Source: Eledone cirrhosa (Eukaryota). Taken from it: 64,000 nucleotides of DNA. A program made the translations under genes and the position numbers. Positions within the stretch are counted from its first letter, which is position 1. Each line of letters opens with the position of its first letter. The notes under the pieces are model-generated. The model ran no database searches and was not told the DNA's origin. It saw nothing but the letters and a program-made list of their open reading frames with translations. Below are positions 13,693-30,691 of the stretch, piece by piece. The DNA is taken from positions 324,570,001 through 324,634,000 of the forward strand of contig OZ024740.1 of assembly GCA_964016885.1 (NCBI GenBank), given 5' to 3'.

Positions 13693-13699
13693 CTGTTGT

Positions 13700-16356
13700 G
13701 GTTGTAGTGCTTAGTGGTGGTGGTAGTGGTAAGACTGTAGTAGTGGTAGAGGTAAGACTGTAGTGGTGGTAGTGGTAAGGCTGTAGTGGTGGTAGTGGTA
13801 AGACTGTAGTGGTAGTAGTGGGAAGGCTGTAGTGGTGGTAGTGGTAAGGTTGTAGTGGAGGTAGTGGTAAGACTGTAGTGATGGTAGTGATAATGCTGTA
13901 GTGGTGGTAGTGGTGGTAGTGGTAAGGTTGTAGTGGCAAGGCTGTGGTGGTGGCAGTGGTAAGACTATAGTGGTAGTAGTAGTAAGACTGTAGTGGTGGT
14001 AGTGGTAAGGCTGTAGTAGTGGTAGTGGGAAGGTTGTAGTGGTGGTAGTGGTAAGACTGTAGTGGTGTCAGTGGTAAGACTGTAGTGGTAGTAGTGGTAA
14101 GGTTGTAGTGGTAGTAGTGATAAGGCTGTAACGGTGGTAGTGGTAAGGCTGTAGTGGTGGCAGTGGTAAGATTGTGGTGACGGTTGTAGTAGTGGATGCC
14201 GTTGTTGGTGGTAGTGGTGATGGTTGTATTGGTGGTAGTATTGGTAGTGCTGGTGGTATTACAGACGCAAGCAATAGTTACAATTATAATCAGTGCAACT
14301 ACAACTAGTTAGTGATGGCAGTTGTGGTGATAGTTCTGGTGGTGGTGCTGAATATGTGGTGGTATAGTCACGAGAAGAAGCAGTACTTATAGTCAATTGA
14401 ATTAGTAGTGGTGGTAGTGTGGTGATTGTGGTGGTAGTGTAGTGATGGTGGTGGTAGTGTGGTGATGGTGGTGGTAGTGTAGTGATGATGGTGGTAGTGT
14501 GGTGATGGTGGTGGTAGTGTGGTGATGATGGTGGTAGTGTAGTGATGGTGGTAGCTTTGGTGATGGTGGTGGTAGTGTGGTGATGATGGTGGTAGTGTGG
14601 TGATGGTGGTGGTAGTGTGGTGATGGTGGTGGTAGTGTAGTGATGATGGTAGTGTAGTGACAATGGTGGTAGTGTAGTGATGATGGTGGTAGTGGGGTGA
14701 TGGTGGTAGCTTTGGTGATGGTGGTAGCTTTGGTGATGGTGGTGGTAGTGTGGTGATGGTGGTGGTAGTTAGTGATGATGGTGGTAGTGTGGTGATGGTG
14801 GTGGTAGTTAGTGATGATGGTGGTAGTGTGGTGATGGTGGTGGTAGTGTGGTGATGGTGGTGGTAGTGTGGTGATTGTGGTGGTAGTGTAGTGATGGTGG
14901 TGGTAGTGTGGTGATGGTGGTGGTAGTTAGTGATGATGGTGGTAGTGTGGTGATGGTGGTGGTAGTGTGGTGATGATGGTGGTAGTGTAGTGATGGTGGT
15001 AGCTTTGGTGATGGTGGTGGTAGTGTGGTGATGATGGTGGTAGTGTGATGATGGTGGTGGTAGTGTAGTGATGGTGGTGGTAGTGTGGTGATGGTGGTGG
15101 TAGTGTAGTGATGATGGTGGTAGTGTGATGATGGTGGTGGTAGTGTGGTGATGATGGTGGTACTGTGGTGATGGTGGTGGTAGTGTAGTGATGATGGTGG
15201 TAGTGTGGTGATGGTGGTGGTGGTAATGTGGTGATGGTGGTGGTAGTGTGGTGATGGTGGTGGTAGTGTGGTGATGGTGGTGGTAGTGTGGTGATCGTGG
15301 TGGTAGTGTAGTGATGATGGTGGTAGTTGTGGTGATGGTGGTAGCGTTGGTGATGGTGTGGTAGTTGTGGTGGTGTTGGTGTTGGCGGTGGTGGTGGTGG
15401 TGGTTGTGGTGGTAGTTGTGGCGATGATGGAGGTAGTTGTGGTAGCTTTGGTGACGGCGTGGTAGTGGTGTTGGTGGTGGTGGTGGTGTTCGTGTTGTTG
15501 TTGTTGGTGGTGCTGGTGGTTGTGGTGGTGATGGTTGTAGTGGTAGTTGTGGTATCTTTGGTGACGGTGTGGTAGTGGTGGTGGTGGTGGTGGTGTTGGT
15601 GTTGGTCGTGGTGGTGGTGGTGGTGGTGGTGGTGATTGCGGTGGTGGTGGTGGTTGTGGTGGTAGTTGTGGTGGTAGTTGTGGTGATGATGGTGGTAGTT
15701 GTGGTAGTTTTCGTGATGGTGTGGTAGTGGTGGTAGTGGTGGTGGTGGTGGTGGTGATGGTGGTGGTGGTGGTGGTGGTGTTGGTGATGGTAGCGGTGGT
15801 GCTGGTCTTTGTAATACAGACACAAGAAATAACAGAAATAACAAGTGAAGTCATAACTAACTACAAACTGTCGCCTATTATGTCAGCAATATTTTTGATG
15901 TTGTCTTGGGTTGGGTACTGGCTCTGGAGGGGATTACTGTTGTTGTAACTGTTGTTGTTGTTAGTGGCGGCGGTGGTGGTGGTGGTGGTGCTGGTGGTGG
16001 TGTTGGTGTCCATGTTACTGTTGTCGGCGATGGTGTTGGTATTGATGTTGTTGCTGTTGTTGTTGGTGGTGGTGTTGGCATTGATGATGTTGTTGGTGTT
16101 GGTGGTGGTGTTGGTATTGATGTTGTTGTTGGTGGTGGTGTTGGTATTGATGTTGGTGGTGGTGGTGGTGGTGTTGGTATTGATGTTGGTGGTGGTGGTG
16201 GTGGTGGTGTTGGTGTTGATGTTGGTGGTGGTGGTGGTGGTGTTGGTATTGATGTTGGTGGTGGTGGTGTTGGTGTTGTTGTTGTTGTTGGTGTTGGTGG
16301 TGGTGGTGTTGGTATTGATGTTGTTGTTGGTGGTGGTGTTGGTGTTGGTGTTGGCG

Positions 16357-16397
<41 letters not shown>

Positions 16398-16596
16398 GGT
16401 GGTGGTGGTGTTGGTATTGATGTTGTTGTTGTTGTTGGTGGTGGTGGTGTTGGTATTGATGTTGTTGTTGGTGGTGGTGTTGGTGGTGGTGTTGGTGTTG
16501 TTGTTGTTGTTGTTGTTGTTGTTGGTGGTGGTGGTGTTGGTGGTGGTGTTGGTGGTGGTGTTGGTGGTGGTGTTGGTGTTGGTGTTGGTGTTGGTG

Positions 16597-16628
<32 letters not shown>

Positions 16629-16935
16629 GTTGGTGGTGGTGTTGGTGGTGGTGGTGGTGGTGGTGGTGTTGGTGTTGTTGTTGTTGTTGTTGTTGTTGTT
16701 GGTGGTGGTGGTGTTGGTGGTGGTGTTGGTGGTGGTGTTGGTGGTGGTGTTGGTGTTGGTGTTGTTGTTGTTGTTGGTGTTGGTGGTGGTGGTGTTGGTA
16801 TTGATGTTGTTGTTGGTGGTGGTGTTGGTGGTGGTGTTGGTGTTGTTGTTGTTGTTGTTGTTGTTGTTGGTGGTGGTGGTGTTGGTGGTGGTGTTGGTGG
16901 TGGTGTTGGTGGTGGTGTTGGTGTTGGTGTTGGTG

Positions 16936-16967
<32 letters not shown>

Positions 16968-17019
16968 GTTGGTGGTGGTGTTGGTGGTGGTGGTGGTGGT
17001 GGTGGTGTTGGTGTTGTTG

Positions 17020-17051
<32 letters not shown>

Positions 17052-17761
17052 GTTGGTGGTGGTGTTGGTGGTGGTGTTGGTGGTGGTGTTGGTGTTGGTG
17101 TTGTTGTTGTTGTTGTTGTTGGTGGTGGTGGTGTTGGTGGTGGTGTTGGTGGTGGTGTTGGTGGTGGTGTTGGTATTGATGTTGGTGGTGGTGTTGGTAT
17201 TGATGTTGTTGTTGCTGGTGGTGTTGGTGGTGGTGTTGGTGGTGGTGTTGGTATTGATGTTGGTGGTGGTGTTGGTATTGATGTTGTTGTTGTTGGTGGT
17301 GTTGGTGGTGTTGGTGTTGGTGGTGGTGTAGGTATTGATGTTGGTGTTGGTGTTGGTATTGATGTTGTTGTTGTTGGTGTTGGTGGTGTTGGTGTTGGTG
17401 GTGGTGTTGGTATTGTTGTTGTTGGTGGTGGTGGTGGTGGTGGTGTTGGTATTGATGATGTTGTCGGTGGTGGTGTTGGTATTGATGTTGTTGTTGGTGG
17501 TGTTGATGTTGTTGCTGTTGTAGTTGGTGGTGTTGGTGTTGGTGGTGGTGGTGGTGTCGTGTTGTTGAGCGTCGATGGTGTTGTCGGTGGTGGTGGTAAT
17601 GATGATGTTGTTGTTGTTGTTAGTGGTGTTGTTGTTGGTGTTGGTGTCGATGTTGTTGTCGGTGGTGGTGGTGGTGGTATTGATGATGATGCTGTTGTTG
17701 GTGAAGGTGGTGGTGTTGGTTATGATGACGATGTTGGTGTTGGTGTTGGTATTGATGTTGC

Positions 17762-17834
<73 letters not shown>

Positions 17835-18440
17835 GGTAGTGGTGGTGTTGTTATTGATGTTGCTGTTGTTGTTGTTGTTGGTAGTGGTGGTGTTGGTATT
17901 GATGTTGTTGTTGTTGGTGGTGGTTTCAGTGGTGATAATGGTGGTTGTGGTTGTGGTTGCAGTTTTTAATGATGTTAATTTTGTTATAGTTGTCATCGTC
18001 GTAGTCATCTTTGTCGTTGTCATTGTTGTTGTGATCGACGTGATGTTGTTGCTACTATTGTTGACATGTTTATCGTTGTTGTGGTGGTGGTAGTAGTATT
18101 ACTACTGGTGTGGTTGGTGGCAGTGTTGGGAGTTATGTGATTGTTGTTGTTGTTATTGTCGGTATTACTGTAGTTGTTGTAATTGCCACAGTAGGGGTTA
18201 TGGTGGTGGTGGTGGTGGTGGAGTTCGTAATATGGTTGTTGTTTTTGTTTAGCCCAAGGCAGTCCTGACACAGATGAGGTATATATGATCAAAGACACAA
18301 GACCATTGATCACATCTTTTTATATAGAAGAATATACTGTCTAATGTATTCTTCCTTTTTTTTGAAAGACGACAGGGTGTGGTTTGATGGTGATGGTGAT
18401 AGTTGGGGGCGGTGTATAGAGGGGGTGTTACGACAGTAGC

Positions 18441-18487
<47 letters not shown>

Positions 18488-18513
18488 CATTAGTAATAGG
18501 AGGAGGAGGCTGT

Positions 18514-18559
<46 letters not shown>

Positions 18560-18853
18560 CAGCAGCAGCAGCAGCAGCAGCAGTAGCAGTAGCAGTAGTA
18601 GTAGTAATAGTAGTAGTAATAGTAGTAGTAGTAGTAGCAGCAGCAGCAGTAGTAGTAGTAGTAATAGTAGTAGTAGTAGAGGGAGGAGGTGGTGTAGTAG
18701 TTATAGTAGTAGTAGTAGTAGTAGAAGTAGTAGTAGTAGTAGTAGTAATAGTAGTAGTAGTAACAGTAGTAGTAGTAAAAGTAGTAGTAAAAGTAGTAGT
18801 AGTAGTAGTATTAGTAGTAGTAGTAGTAGTAATAGGAGGAGGAGGTGGTGTAG

Positions 18854-18885
<32 letters not shown>

Positions 18886-19790
18886 ATGAGGGACAGTTGC
18901 AATAATTATGGTTCGTAATGGGTACGGTAGTGATGATGATATATATGGTGGTTTCAGTGGTAATCGTAAAGGTGGTCGTATGGTGGTGGTGGTGGTGGTG
19001 GTGTGGTGGTGGTGTGGTGGTGGTCGTCGTCGTGTGATGGTGGTGGTGGTGTGGTGGTGGTGGTCGTGTGATGGTGGTGGTGTGGTGGTGGTGGTGGTCG
19101 TGTGATGGTGGTGGTCGTGTGATGGTGGTGGTGTGGTGGTGGTGGTGGTCGTGTGATGGTGGTGGTCGTGTGATGGTGGTGGTGTGGTGGTGGTGGTGGT
19201 CGTGTGATGGTGGTGGTAGTTGTGGAGATGGTGGTGGTCGTGTGATTGTGGTGGTGTGATGGTGGTGGTGTGGTGGTGGTGGTGGTCGTGTGATGGTGGT
19301 GGTAGTTGTGGAGATGGTGGTGGTCGTGTGATTGTGGTGGTGTGGTGGTGGTGGTGGTCGTGTGATGGTGGTGGTCGTGTGATGGTGGTGGTGTGGTGGT
19401 GGTGGTGGTCGTGTGATGGTGGTGGTAGTTGTGGAGATGGTGGTGGTCGTGTGATTGTGGTGGTGTGGTGGTGGTGGTCGTGGTCGTGTGATGGTGGTGG
19501 TGTGATGGTGGTGGTGGTGCTGGTCGTGTGATGGTGGTGGTGTGATGGTGGTGGTGGTCGTGTGATGGCGGTGGTAGTTGTGGTGATGGTGGTGGTCGTG
19601 TGATGGTGGTGGTGTGGTGGTGGTCGTCGTGTGAGTGATGGTGGTGGTAGTTGTGGTGATGGTGTTGGTCGTGTGATGGTGGTGGTGGTCGTAGTCGTGT
19701 GATGGTGGTGGTGTGGTGGTGGTAGTGGTGATGATGGTGGTGGTAGTGGTGATGGTGGTGGTAGTTGTGGTGATGGTGGTGGTAGTGGTC
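13700..19790. repeat. Compound G/T-rich simple-repeat field
   Basis: About 23-bp units (13700-14200), the 20-mer gtggtgatggtggtggtagt (14400-15340), (GGT/GTT)n (15940-17960), (GTA)n (18440-18890) and GGT/gtcgtgtgat units (18980-19790), with short unique islands between. Confidence 0.9.
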
Positions 19791-19947
19791 ATGCAGAGAA
19801 ACACCATGAAGATTCCTTATGTCAAAAGGAACAAACTGTCTGCTAATGGTTTACAGATTAAAGACGTGTTCTCATGGCTTCTACCTTCATTACTCCCTCC
19901 TCCTGTCCCTCTCTTGGCTGTCACCCATCGTTTCTTCTCTCACACTT

Positions 19948-20064
<117 letters not shown>

Positions 20065-20633
20065 CTCTCTATGTCTCTCTCTCCCTCCCTCTCAGTCTCT
20101 CTCTGGACTTCTTACAATAGCTTACTCCCTCTTCTTCTTCTCCTTCTTCCTTTACTTCTCTCCTCCCTCTCTTATCTTCTTACCATTAGTTCCTCTTCCA
20201 ACGTTTCCTCCCTCTTGCTTTCTTACCGTAGTCACTCTTCCTCTCCCCTATCCTCTCTCGTGTGGCTCTTACCTTCATTTCCACCTCCACCTCACTCATT
20301 CTTCTTTGGCTTCTTACCTTAGCTGCCTACTTCAATGTTTACCTCCTTTCCCCCTTCTTCACCCCCTCTTGCTCTCTTACATCAATTTACCCCCATGTCC
20401 TTCTTCCAGCCTCCCTCTATCGTCAAACCACTCCTCACACGAGCTTTATTAATATTGGTTGAGAAAAGAAGAAAAAGAAGAAAAAAAGACAGACGGAGAG
20501 AAAGAAAGAAAGAAGACAAGGAGGGAGAAGGAAGAGGAAGGAAAAAGAGGGGGAACGGAAGGACAATGTCTGTTTTGTGCCAACAATTCAATTTATCCAC
20601 TCGTAGACATTAACAGGATATTATATATATATA

Positions 20634-20803
20634 TATCGGTAGAGGGTCGGACTCCATGCTTTGCAGCAAAGAGTTACGGCCCTTTATGGTCTGAGTTCAA
20701 ATCCCGCCGAGGTTAACTTTGCCTCTCATCCTTACGGGGTCGATAAAATAAAGTACCAGTAATACACTGGGATAATTGCTGGCCTTGTGTCAAAAGTAGA
20801 AGC

Positions 20804-20808
<5 letters not shown>
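20634..20808 (+). mobile_element. tRNA-derived SINE (main family), slightly 5'-truncated
   Basis: B-box GAGTTCAAATCC, central gcct.tcatccttacggggtcgataaaataaagtaccagt, tail aagtagaa.caatta. Confidence 0.85.
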
Positions 20809-20880
<72 letters not shown>

Positions 20881-21811
20881 CATGCATACATGCATACATG
20901 CATGTACGTGTGGTGTATGTATGTATGTACGTATGTGTGTCAAGGCAGAATTCTAGGAGAAGGAAAACTCTGATATAACACCTGCATATGTATGTATGTA
21001 TGTATATATGTATGTATGCATTTACGTATACATGTGTGTATGAAAATTACTATGTATGTATGTTTAAGTTTCTATATATAAAACTGCCCCAAACCTGTTT
21101 TTATATGACAATTTAATGAGCGTAAATCCATTTATTAAAGTTATATTTGTTCTAAAATATAGTTCATGCCTCGTAATGATAGTATATCTTTTGGTTTTTC
21201 ATTAGTTTTTCACTTTTTCCTTTTTTCTTTGTCATTTCTTTATATTTTTTTCACTTCTTTTTAGTTTTATTCAAATTCTGCCCTTTTATTCTATTTTTTC
21301 CTTCATTCTTTATTTATTACGAAATCACAACCCCCACCTGTGGTCAATTCCTAACTATATCTAATGTCGGTTATGTTCCTTGTACCGTAAATGTTATTTT
21401 AGTTAGGGAAGGAATCGCTGGGCAGATTTTACGGGCAAAACCAACCGGCAAAAAACCCAAGGGTAGAACCCGAGCAAGATGGTTGGATAACATTCTGTGT
21501 CTTTTGTTTGTATTTGCAATCGTGCATTAAGGTAATATTGCACTTGTTATACCAGTTTGCTGGTAAGATGCGTGTAAGATGATAACAAATATGAGCAGGT
21601 CTACAGCAGAACGTACTTGAAATGACATGGCGAGGAAAAATACAAATATATTTTAATGTTCAACATTTAAGTCGAACAATGTGTGACGAAGATGGTCACC
21701 TAGACCCATGGTGACAAAAACAAATGCAGAGTAGGTGACGCGCAGAGAGCAAAAGGTGGAGAGGCAGTGAGGCAGTGACAGCCATGTTTTGAACGGCCAC
21801 GTGTGGCAGAG

Positions 21812-22157
21812 ATAATTGTTTCTACGTTTGGCACAAGGCCAGAAATTACCCAGAGCATTACTGGTACTTTATTTTATCGACCCCGTAAGGATGAAAGGCA
21901 AAGTTAACCTCGGCGGGATTTGAACTCAGAATGGCAAGGGCCGTAACTCTATACGTCAAAGCATAAGAGATAATTGTTTCTACTTTTGGCACAAGGCCAG
22001 CAATTAACCAGTGTATTACTGGTACTTTATTTTATCGACCCCGTAAGGATGAAAGGCAAAGTTAACCTTGGCGGGATTTGAACTCAGAATGGCAAGGACC
22101 GTAACTCTATGCGTCAAAGCATGGCGTCCGACCCTCTACCGATACTGCCAATCCACC
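21812..22157 (-). mobile_element. Tandem dimer of the main SINE (21812-21963 truncated, 21970-22157 full)
   Basis: Two head-to-tail copies. A-box-like TGGCAGTATCGG and a B-box lie on the minus strand. Confidence 0.85.
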
Positions 22158-22250
22158 AAAATTAGCAAAAGGTGCAAAAACTTTATAGTCATCGACTATC
22201 GAATAAGCCTACACAATCCCGACCCCTAACATATATATATTATATATTTA

Positions 22251-22436
22251 GGCGGTCAATTGGCAGTATCGGTAGAGGGTTGGACGCCATGCTTTCCAGC
22301 ATAGTTACGTCCTTTTACTGTCTGAGTTCAAATCCCGTAGAGGTTAACTTTAACTTTCATCCTTACGGGGTCGATAAAATAAAATACCAGTAATGCACTG
22401 GTGAATTGCTGGCCTTGTGCCCAAAGTAGAAACAAT

Positions 22437-22439
<3 letters not shown>
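22251..22439 (+). mobile_element. Main SINE, full length
   Basis: ggcggtcaattggcagtatcggtagagg...gagttcaaatccc...gtagaaacaatta. Confidence 0.85.
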
Positions 22440-22469
<30 letters not shown>

Positions 22470-22558
22470 GGTTGTAAAGCTTCGACCGCGAAGCAGAAAC
22501 CGCTTGGCGCAACGTCTCTATACACACTCTGCTTCTCCCCATGCAGTGAGTAACCACA

Positions 22559-22606
<48 letters not shown>

Positions 22607-22873
22607 CTCTCTCTAAGTGTTCATTTTACACTCTCCTTCTCAACAAGGAAGATGAAAAAACTTACTTCAGCACTTAATTTTAAATCTTTAATTTTTAGTT
22701 TTTAATTCTTATTAATTCTTTTTAATTGTAATACTCAACATTTGATAAGATGAATTTCACTAATACATGGAAACCGGTTATATTTTATATACTTCATATA
22801 CATTTTAAAACTCTTTTTAAAAACAAAAGACAAATAGACCCTTAAATATATTTTCCGTGCTAGTTCCAATTTC

Positions 22874-24476
<1,603 letters not shown>

Positions 24477-24504
24477 TATATATATATATATATCCCTCTC
24501 TCTG

Positions 24505-24590
<86 letters not shown>

Positions 24591-25189
24591 TTTGTTCAAT
24601 CCCTGCTAGCAGGGAAATTAGACATTACAAATATAAAGTGCTTTTATTCATCTAAAAACTTTCTATCGTAATATTTACTAACGAATTTTATAAAGTGGTG
24701 TTCCAAACATAATATAAATGACGAGAAAAAATGTTTTCCTTTACTAAAACATCTCTCTAAACTCTTGATTAAGTTCAAAATAATTTGAAACATTTAAGAA
24801 GTGTCTTTCCTTAAAATATATGTGTGTGTTCAATATGTCTCATTGGCTTCCTATATCTCATACTATCAATGTCATTCCTCTATCTTTCTCTCTCTCTCTG
24901 ACTGTTGACGATGATGATGATGATTATGTGGATGATGACGATGATTTTAATTTTGGAGAACTTACCTCAAATAAAAACACACACACTGCTTGCGTTTATC
25001 ATTAGTTAGATAATTATTGATCAGAATGAAATGAATTAGTTTCACAAAATACTTTAGTCACAACCTGTGACCTTATCTATGACGTTGCCCTTTTCATGCA
25101 CTTTTTCTTCAGCAATACATACAACATGGTCTTTGTTCGTTTACAGTCAAACATTACATCATGTAGTTAACTGTTGCGATAGAGATGGT

Positions 25190-25834
25190 TTGGTGGTGGT
25201 AGTGGTGGTGGTAGTGAGGGTGGTAGTGGGGGTGTTGATGGCGGTGGTGGTGGTGGTGATGATGATGATGGTGGTGGTTGTTGTAGTGCTGGTGATGGTT
25301 GTTGTTGTACTAGTGGAGGTTGTGGTGATAGTGGTAGTTGTAGTGGTGGTACTGGTTGTAGTGATAGTGGTAGTGATGTTGGTGGTGCATGTTGTGTTAG
25401 TGCTGGTGTTGGTTGTGGTAGTGGTGGTAGTGGTTGTGGTGATGGTGGTTATGGTTGTGGTGATAGTGGGAGTGATGGTGATGGTGGTTGTGGTGGTGGT
25501 TGTGATAATGAAGGTGATGGGTGTTGTGCTGGTGGGGATGTTGATGATGGTAGTGGTGGGAGGTGTACTGTGGTGGTGGTGATGGGAATGTTGATGATGG
25601 TAGTGGTGATGGTGGTGGCAGGTGTGCTGGTTGGGATGGTGATGATGGTGGTGGTGGTGGGAGGTGTGCTGGTTGGGATGGTGATGATGTTGGTGGTGGT
25701 GGTGGTGGGAGGTGTGCTAGTTGGGATGGTGATGGTGATGATGATGATAGTGGTGGTGGGAGGTGTGCTGGTTGGGATGGTGATGGTGATGATGATGATA
25801 GTGGTGGTGGTGGGAGGTGTGCTGGTTGGGATGG

Positions 25835-25868
<34 letters not shown>

Positions 25869-25948
25869 GGTGGTGGTGGTGGGAGGTGCGCTGGTTGGCA
25901 TGATGATGATGATAGTGGTGGTGGTGGTGGCTGGAGGTGTGCTGGTTG

Positions 25949-25979
<31 letters not shown>

Positions 25980-26380
25980 AGTGGTGGTGGTGGTGGTGGT
26001 GGTGGGAGGTGTGCTGGTGGGGATGGTGATGGTGATGGTGATGATAGTGGTGGTGGTGGGAGGTGTGCTGGTGGGGATGGTGATGATAGTGGTGGTGGTG
26101 GGAGGTGTGCTGGTGGGGATGGTGATGATGATGATAGTGGTGGTGGTGGGAGGTGTGCTGATGGGGATGGTGATGATAGTGGTGGTGGTGGGAGGTGTGC
26201 TGGTGGGGATGGTGATGGTGATGATAGTGGTGGTGGTGGGAGGTGTGCTGGTGGGGATGGTGATGATAGTGGTGGTGGTGGGAGGTGTGCTGATGGGGAT
26301 GGTGATGGTGATGATGATGATGATAGTGGTGGTGGGAGGTGTGCTGATGGGGATGGTGATGGTGATGATGATGGTGATGA
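25190..26380. repeat. GGT/GAT repeat with recurring gggaggtgtgctggt spacer
   Basis: Variable-length units of roughly 40-70 bp. Confidence 0.9.
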
Positions 26381-26511
26381 CATGAAACAATAGTATTACA
26401 AGCTAAACAACGTGAATATGTAACTTAACAATACAGAACGGAAATATATATATCGATGTAATACATGTGACACCACAGGCAGTCACACGTAAACCTAGGC
26501 ACACTCACACA

Positions 26512-26737
26512 CATATACATCTTACTATTACATTCATATTACTAACACATACATCTTACTATTACACACATACATCTTACTATTACACACATACATCTTA
26601 CTAATACACACATACATCTTACTATTACATCCATACATCTTACTATTACACACATACATCTTACTATTACACACATACATCTTACTATTACACACATACA
26701 TCTTACTATTACATCCATACATCTTACTATTACATAT
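26512..26737. repeat. 21-bp minisatellite catacatcttactattacaca, about 10 copies
   Basis: Direct tandem periodicity (the CNSKMYV repeat in the ORF track). Confidence 0.9.
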
Positions 26738-27174
26738 ACTAGCAGAAAAACTACCCTTCGGATGGTTTTCTGCTAGCATGTGTAGTGTGTATATTGATAT
26801 TATACGCAAGTATATATGCATGTAGATATGATACGTCAAATAAAATTGTAATTGACAATATACACAGAAATTGAACGAAGACTGCGTTACACTCTCTTAT
26901 GTAATCAGTAACGTAATCCATTGACAGAAATATATGACAGTTTATTGAAGTGATCGCTAACCGGAAGTGTTGACATTTGAACATTTTAAAGAAGTGAATC
27001 TTAAATTAAGCGACAAAATTATTTATATTTAATCAAGAATAATGAAATTTAGTAGATAAATTATGTAATATTCATTCATTATTTATTCAAAGTAATCCAA
27101 CTTATTTTACTAATAGGATAAAAGAATATATTCTGGACGCTGTCCCGCACTTCTCCCTTTATTATAGTTAAGAT

Positions 27175-28130
27175 ACTACTAACACATACAGGCATACATA
27201 GACACACTCACACACATACATCTTACTATTACATATATATTACTACTATATACACAGACATACTCACACACATACAGACACACTCACACACATACATCTT
27301 ACTATTACATATATATTACTACTATATACACAGACATACTCACACACATACATCTTACTATTACATATATATTACTACTATATACATAGACATACTCACA
27401 CACATACAGACACACTCACACATATACATCTTACTATTACATATATATTACTACTATATACACAGACATACTCACACACATACAGACACACTCACACACA
27501 TACATCTTACTATTACATATATATTACTACTATATACACAGACATACTCACACACATACATCTTACTATTACATATATATTACTACTATATACATAGACA
27601 TACTCACACACATACAGACACACTCACACATATACATCTTACTATTACATATATATTACTACTATATACACAGACATACTCACACACATACAGACACACT
27701 CACACATATACATCTTACTGTTTCATATATATTACTAACACATACATAGACACACTCACACATACTAAGACACACTCACACACATACATCTTACTATTAT
27801 ATATATATATATTACTACTACATACACACATAAACACACATAAACACACATATACACACATACACACACATACATCATTTATACATATATATTACTACTA
27901 CATACATAGCCATACACACATATACATACACATACAGACACATATAGACATAGATCATTTATACATTCATATTACTACTACATACATAAACACATACATA
28001 CACACATACACCATTTATACATATACTGTATATTACTATTACATACATAAACACATACACATATACACATACACCATTTATACATATATATTACTATTAC
28101 ATACATAGACATACATACACTTACACACAT
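27175..28130. repeat. Minisatellite of about 55-70 bp containing the same catacatcttactattaca core, decaying into CA/TA repeats
   Basis: Repeated acatcttactattacatatatattactactatatacacagacatactcacac. Confidence 0.85.
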
Positions 28131-28313
28131 TCACTCACATACATCACACATACACATACACACATACATCACACTCACACACATATACACATACATGACA
28201 CAAAAGAAACGAGAAGAAAGTGGGAAATATTTGGTAAAGATCTGTTGAGTAAATAAGTAAATAAAATTTGTTTGATCTGTGGGACGTATGTGCTCCCCCC
28301 CTCTCTCTCTCTC

Positions 28314-28351
<38 letters not shown>

Positions 28352-28364
28352 CATACATATACAT

Positions 28365-28487
<123 letters not shown>

Positions 28488-28588
28488 ATATATACATATA
28501 TATGCATATACTTATATGTATATATATAAATGTATATATATATATGTGTATATATATATGTGTATATATTTATATATATGTGTATATA

Positions 28589-28619
<31 letters not shown>

Positions 28620-28642
28620 GAATGTATATATATGTGTATATA

Positions 28643-28683
<41 letters not shown>

Positions 28684-28727
28684 GCATATATATATATATT
28701 TAAATATATATATATAACAATATATAT

Positions 28728-28802
<75 letters not shown>

Positions 28803-29061
28803 TATATGCATAGATATAAATATGCCTTTTACATATTGAAGCCATTTTTTTACATATTGAATCATTTTGTGTTGTCAGGTCAATAGGAACATTTTTATTC
28901 CTGCTTCAGAAGACATTTTTTTCTCTTTTTATCGTGGGGGTAGTGGTAATGATGGTGGGTATTGACGGTGGGGAAGTTAATGGTCGTGGTGGGCGAGTGA
29001 GTGGGCCAATGTGTACTAGCATGTTTAATGTATGTGTATTTATCTACTGTCTATAATTACG

Positions 29062-29121
<60 letters not shown>

Positions 29122-29126
<5 letters not shown>

Positions 29127-29320
29127 AAAATGTTAGACCCCGACAGCAGAGCTCAAGCCGTTTCGACGGCTATTTCTGAACGTCCAGAATTAGCCGTCGA
29201 AACGGCTTGAGCTCTGCCGTCGGGGTCTAATATTTTTCTATTACCCACTCTACAACTCTAAGTATTGAGTACTCTGGTGCGTTATAGTCCATCTGGTTCC
29301 TTACCACACCTCCTTCGTTA
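29122..29320 (+). mobile_element. PLE-type fold-back insertion, family B (hairpin 29122-29241, tail 29242-29320)
   Basis: Homologous to 11662-11857. HHR 3' half reads GAA-ACGGC-ttGAGCTCt-GCCGT-C. Confidence 0.75.
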
Positions 29321-29334
29321 TATATATATATATG

Positions 29335-29444
<110 letters not shown>

Positions 29445-29484
29445 GGAGGTGAGTTTTATTGTAGTACAATAAAGCAATGCATAA

Positions 29485-30691
29485 ATCTGTAATCTCTGCC
29501 TAAATGAAAAATTTACCATTATCTCTAACCTAGAATCCATAATAAATAGACGCTCAGATTTGTTTTCCATCTGCCTGCATAAATTCCATAGAACTTTTCA
29601 CAAAGTATACAGTTAATATTCAATTCTTTATCAATTTAGAATCTTTTCTCAAAGGCACATATACATACACCTCTTTAAAATATACCCATCTACCTTACTT
29701 TAAAGGGCATTATACACTCTATAATACTCGTTTACTCATTACCCTCATTCTATCTTCTCGTAAAACAATAACATTTGTTTTTGACATTTTGAGTATTCAT
29801 CCGCAATCATTATTATTTTTTTCTCTCTATCATAAATCTTTTTAATCTCAATTTCATCCTTAATTTATTATTATTTTTTTCTCCCCATCAACGAACTCAT
29901 TATTAATACATATCAATTCAATATACAAACTTTAACTTCACATTATTTTTCTCAAATCCTTCTACACATAAACTTTTTTTCTCTTTGCTAATTTTGAAAT
30001 TTCCACAATACATACATTTCTTCTTTTGACGTTAGAATATTCACCCACAATTATTATTTTTTTCTCTCTATCTTCATACATAATTTCCCTTCGTTAATTT
30101 TCAAATTCTTTTAATTTATACATTATCTTCCAACGGTTCCCAACCTCTCTATATTAAAACATTATATCTTTTTCTCAGTTATAAAAACTATCTCTTTCTC
30201 TCTATCACCCATCTCTCCCTTTCCACCTTCACTCTCATCTCCTCCCCTTTTTTTCATCCTTTCCACCCCCCCCTCCCTAAATAAAATATTTTTTCCTCGC
30301 ACATATCCTCCCTTCGTTAATTTTCAAAATTTTTAATTTATACAGTATCTTCCAACGGTTTTCAACCCCTCTATATAAAATATATCTCCTCTCAGTTATA
30401 AAAACTATCTCTTTCTCTCTATCACCCATCTCTCCCTCTCATCTCCTTCCCTTTTCATCCTTTTCTCCCCCCCCCTCTCTAAATAAAATATTTTTCCCAA
30501 TATCACACATCAATCTAAAACCACTTTTCATATGTTGATTTAAAACTGCACTATCAACAAGTGTTTTTTAGCCTTCATATCATGTTCTCCTGTTTTATCT
30601 GATGAAAACACAAATATTATTGTTTGATGATGTTTGTTTTTGAAATGCGCATAATAAAATATATGGAACTCCTTTAACCATCTTTTGATCT

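Noticed and set aside
15820-18353. Unique islands at about 15820-15930 and 18253-18353 as exons
   Set aside because: Plausible on either strand, phases do not join convincingly, and no family was recognised.
14259-19807. Long poly-T/N/H/G/V/L ORFs
   Set aside because: Trinucleotide repeats open on both strands and in several frames; no domain or splice context.
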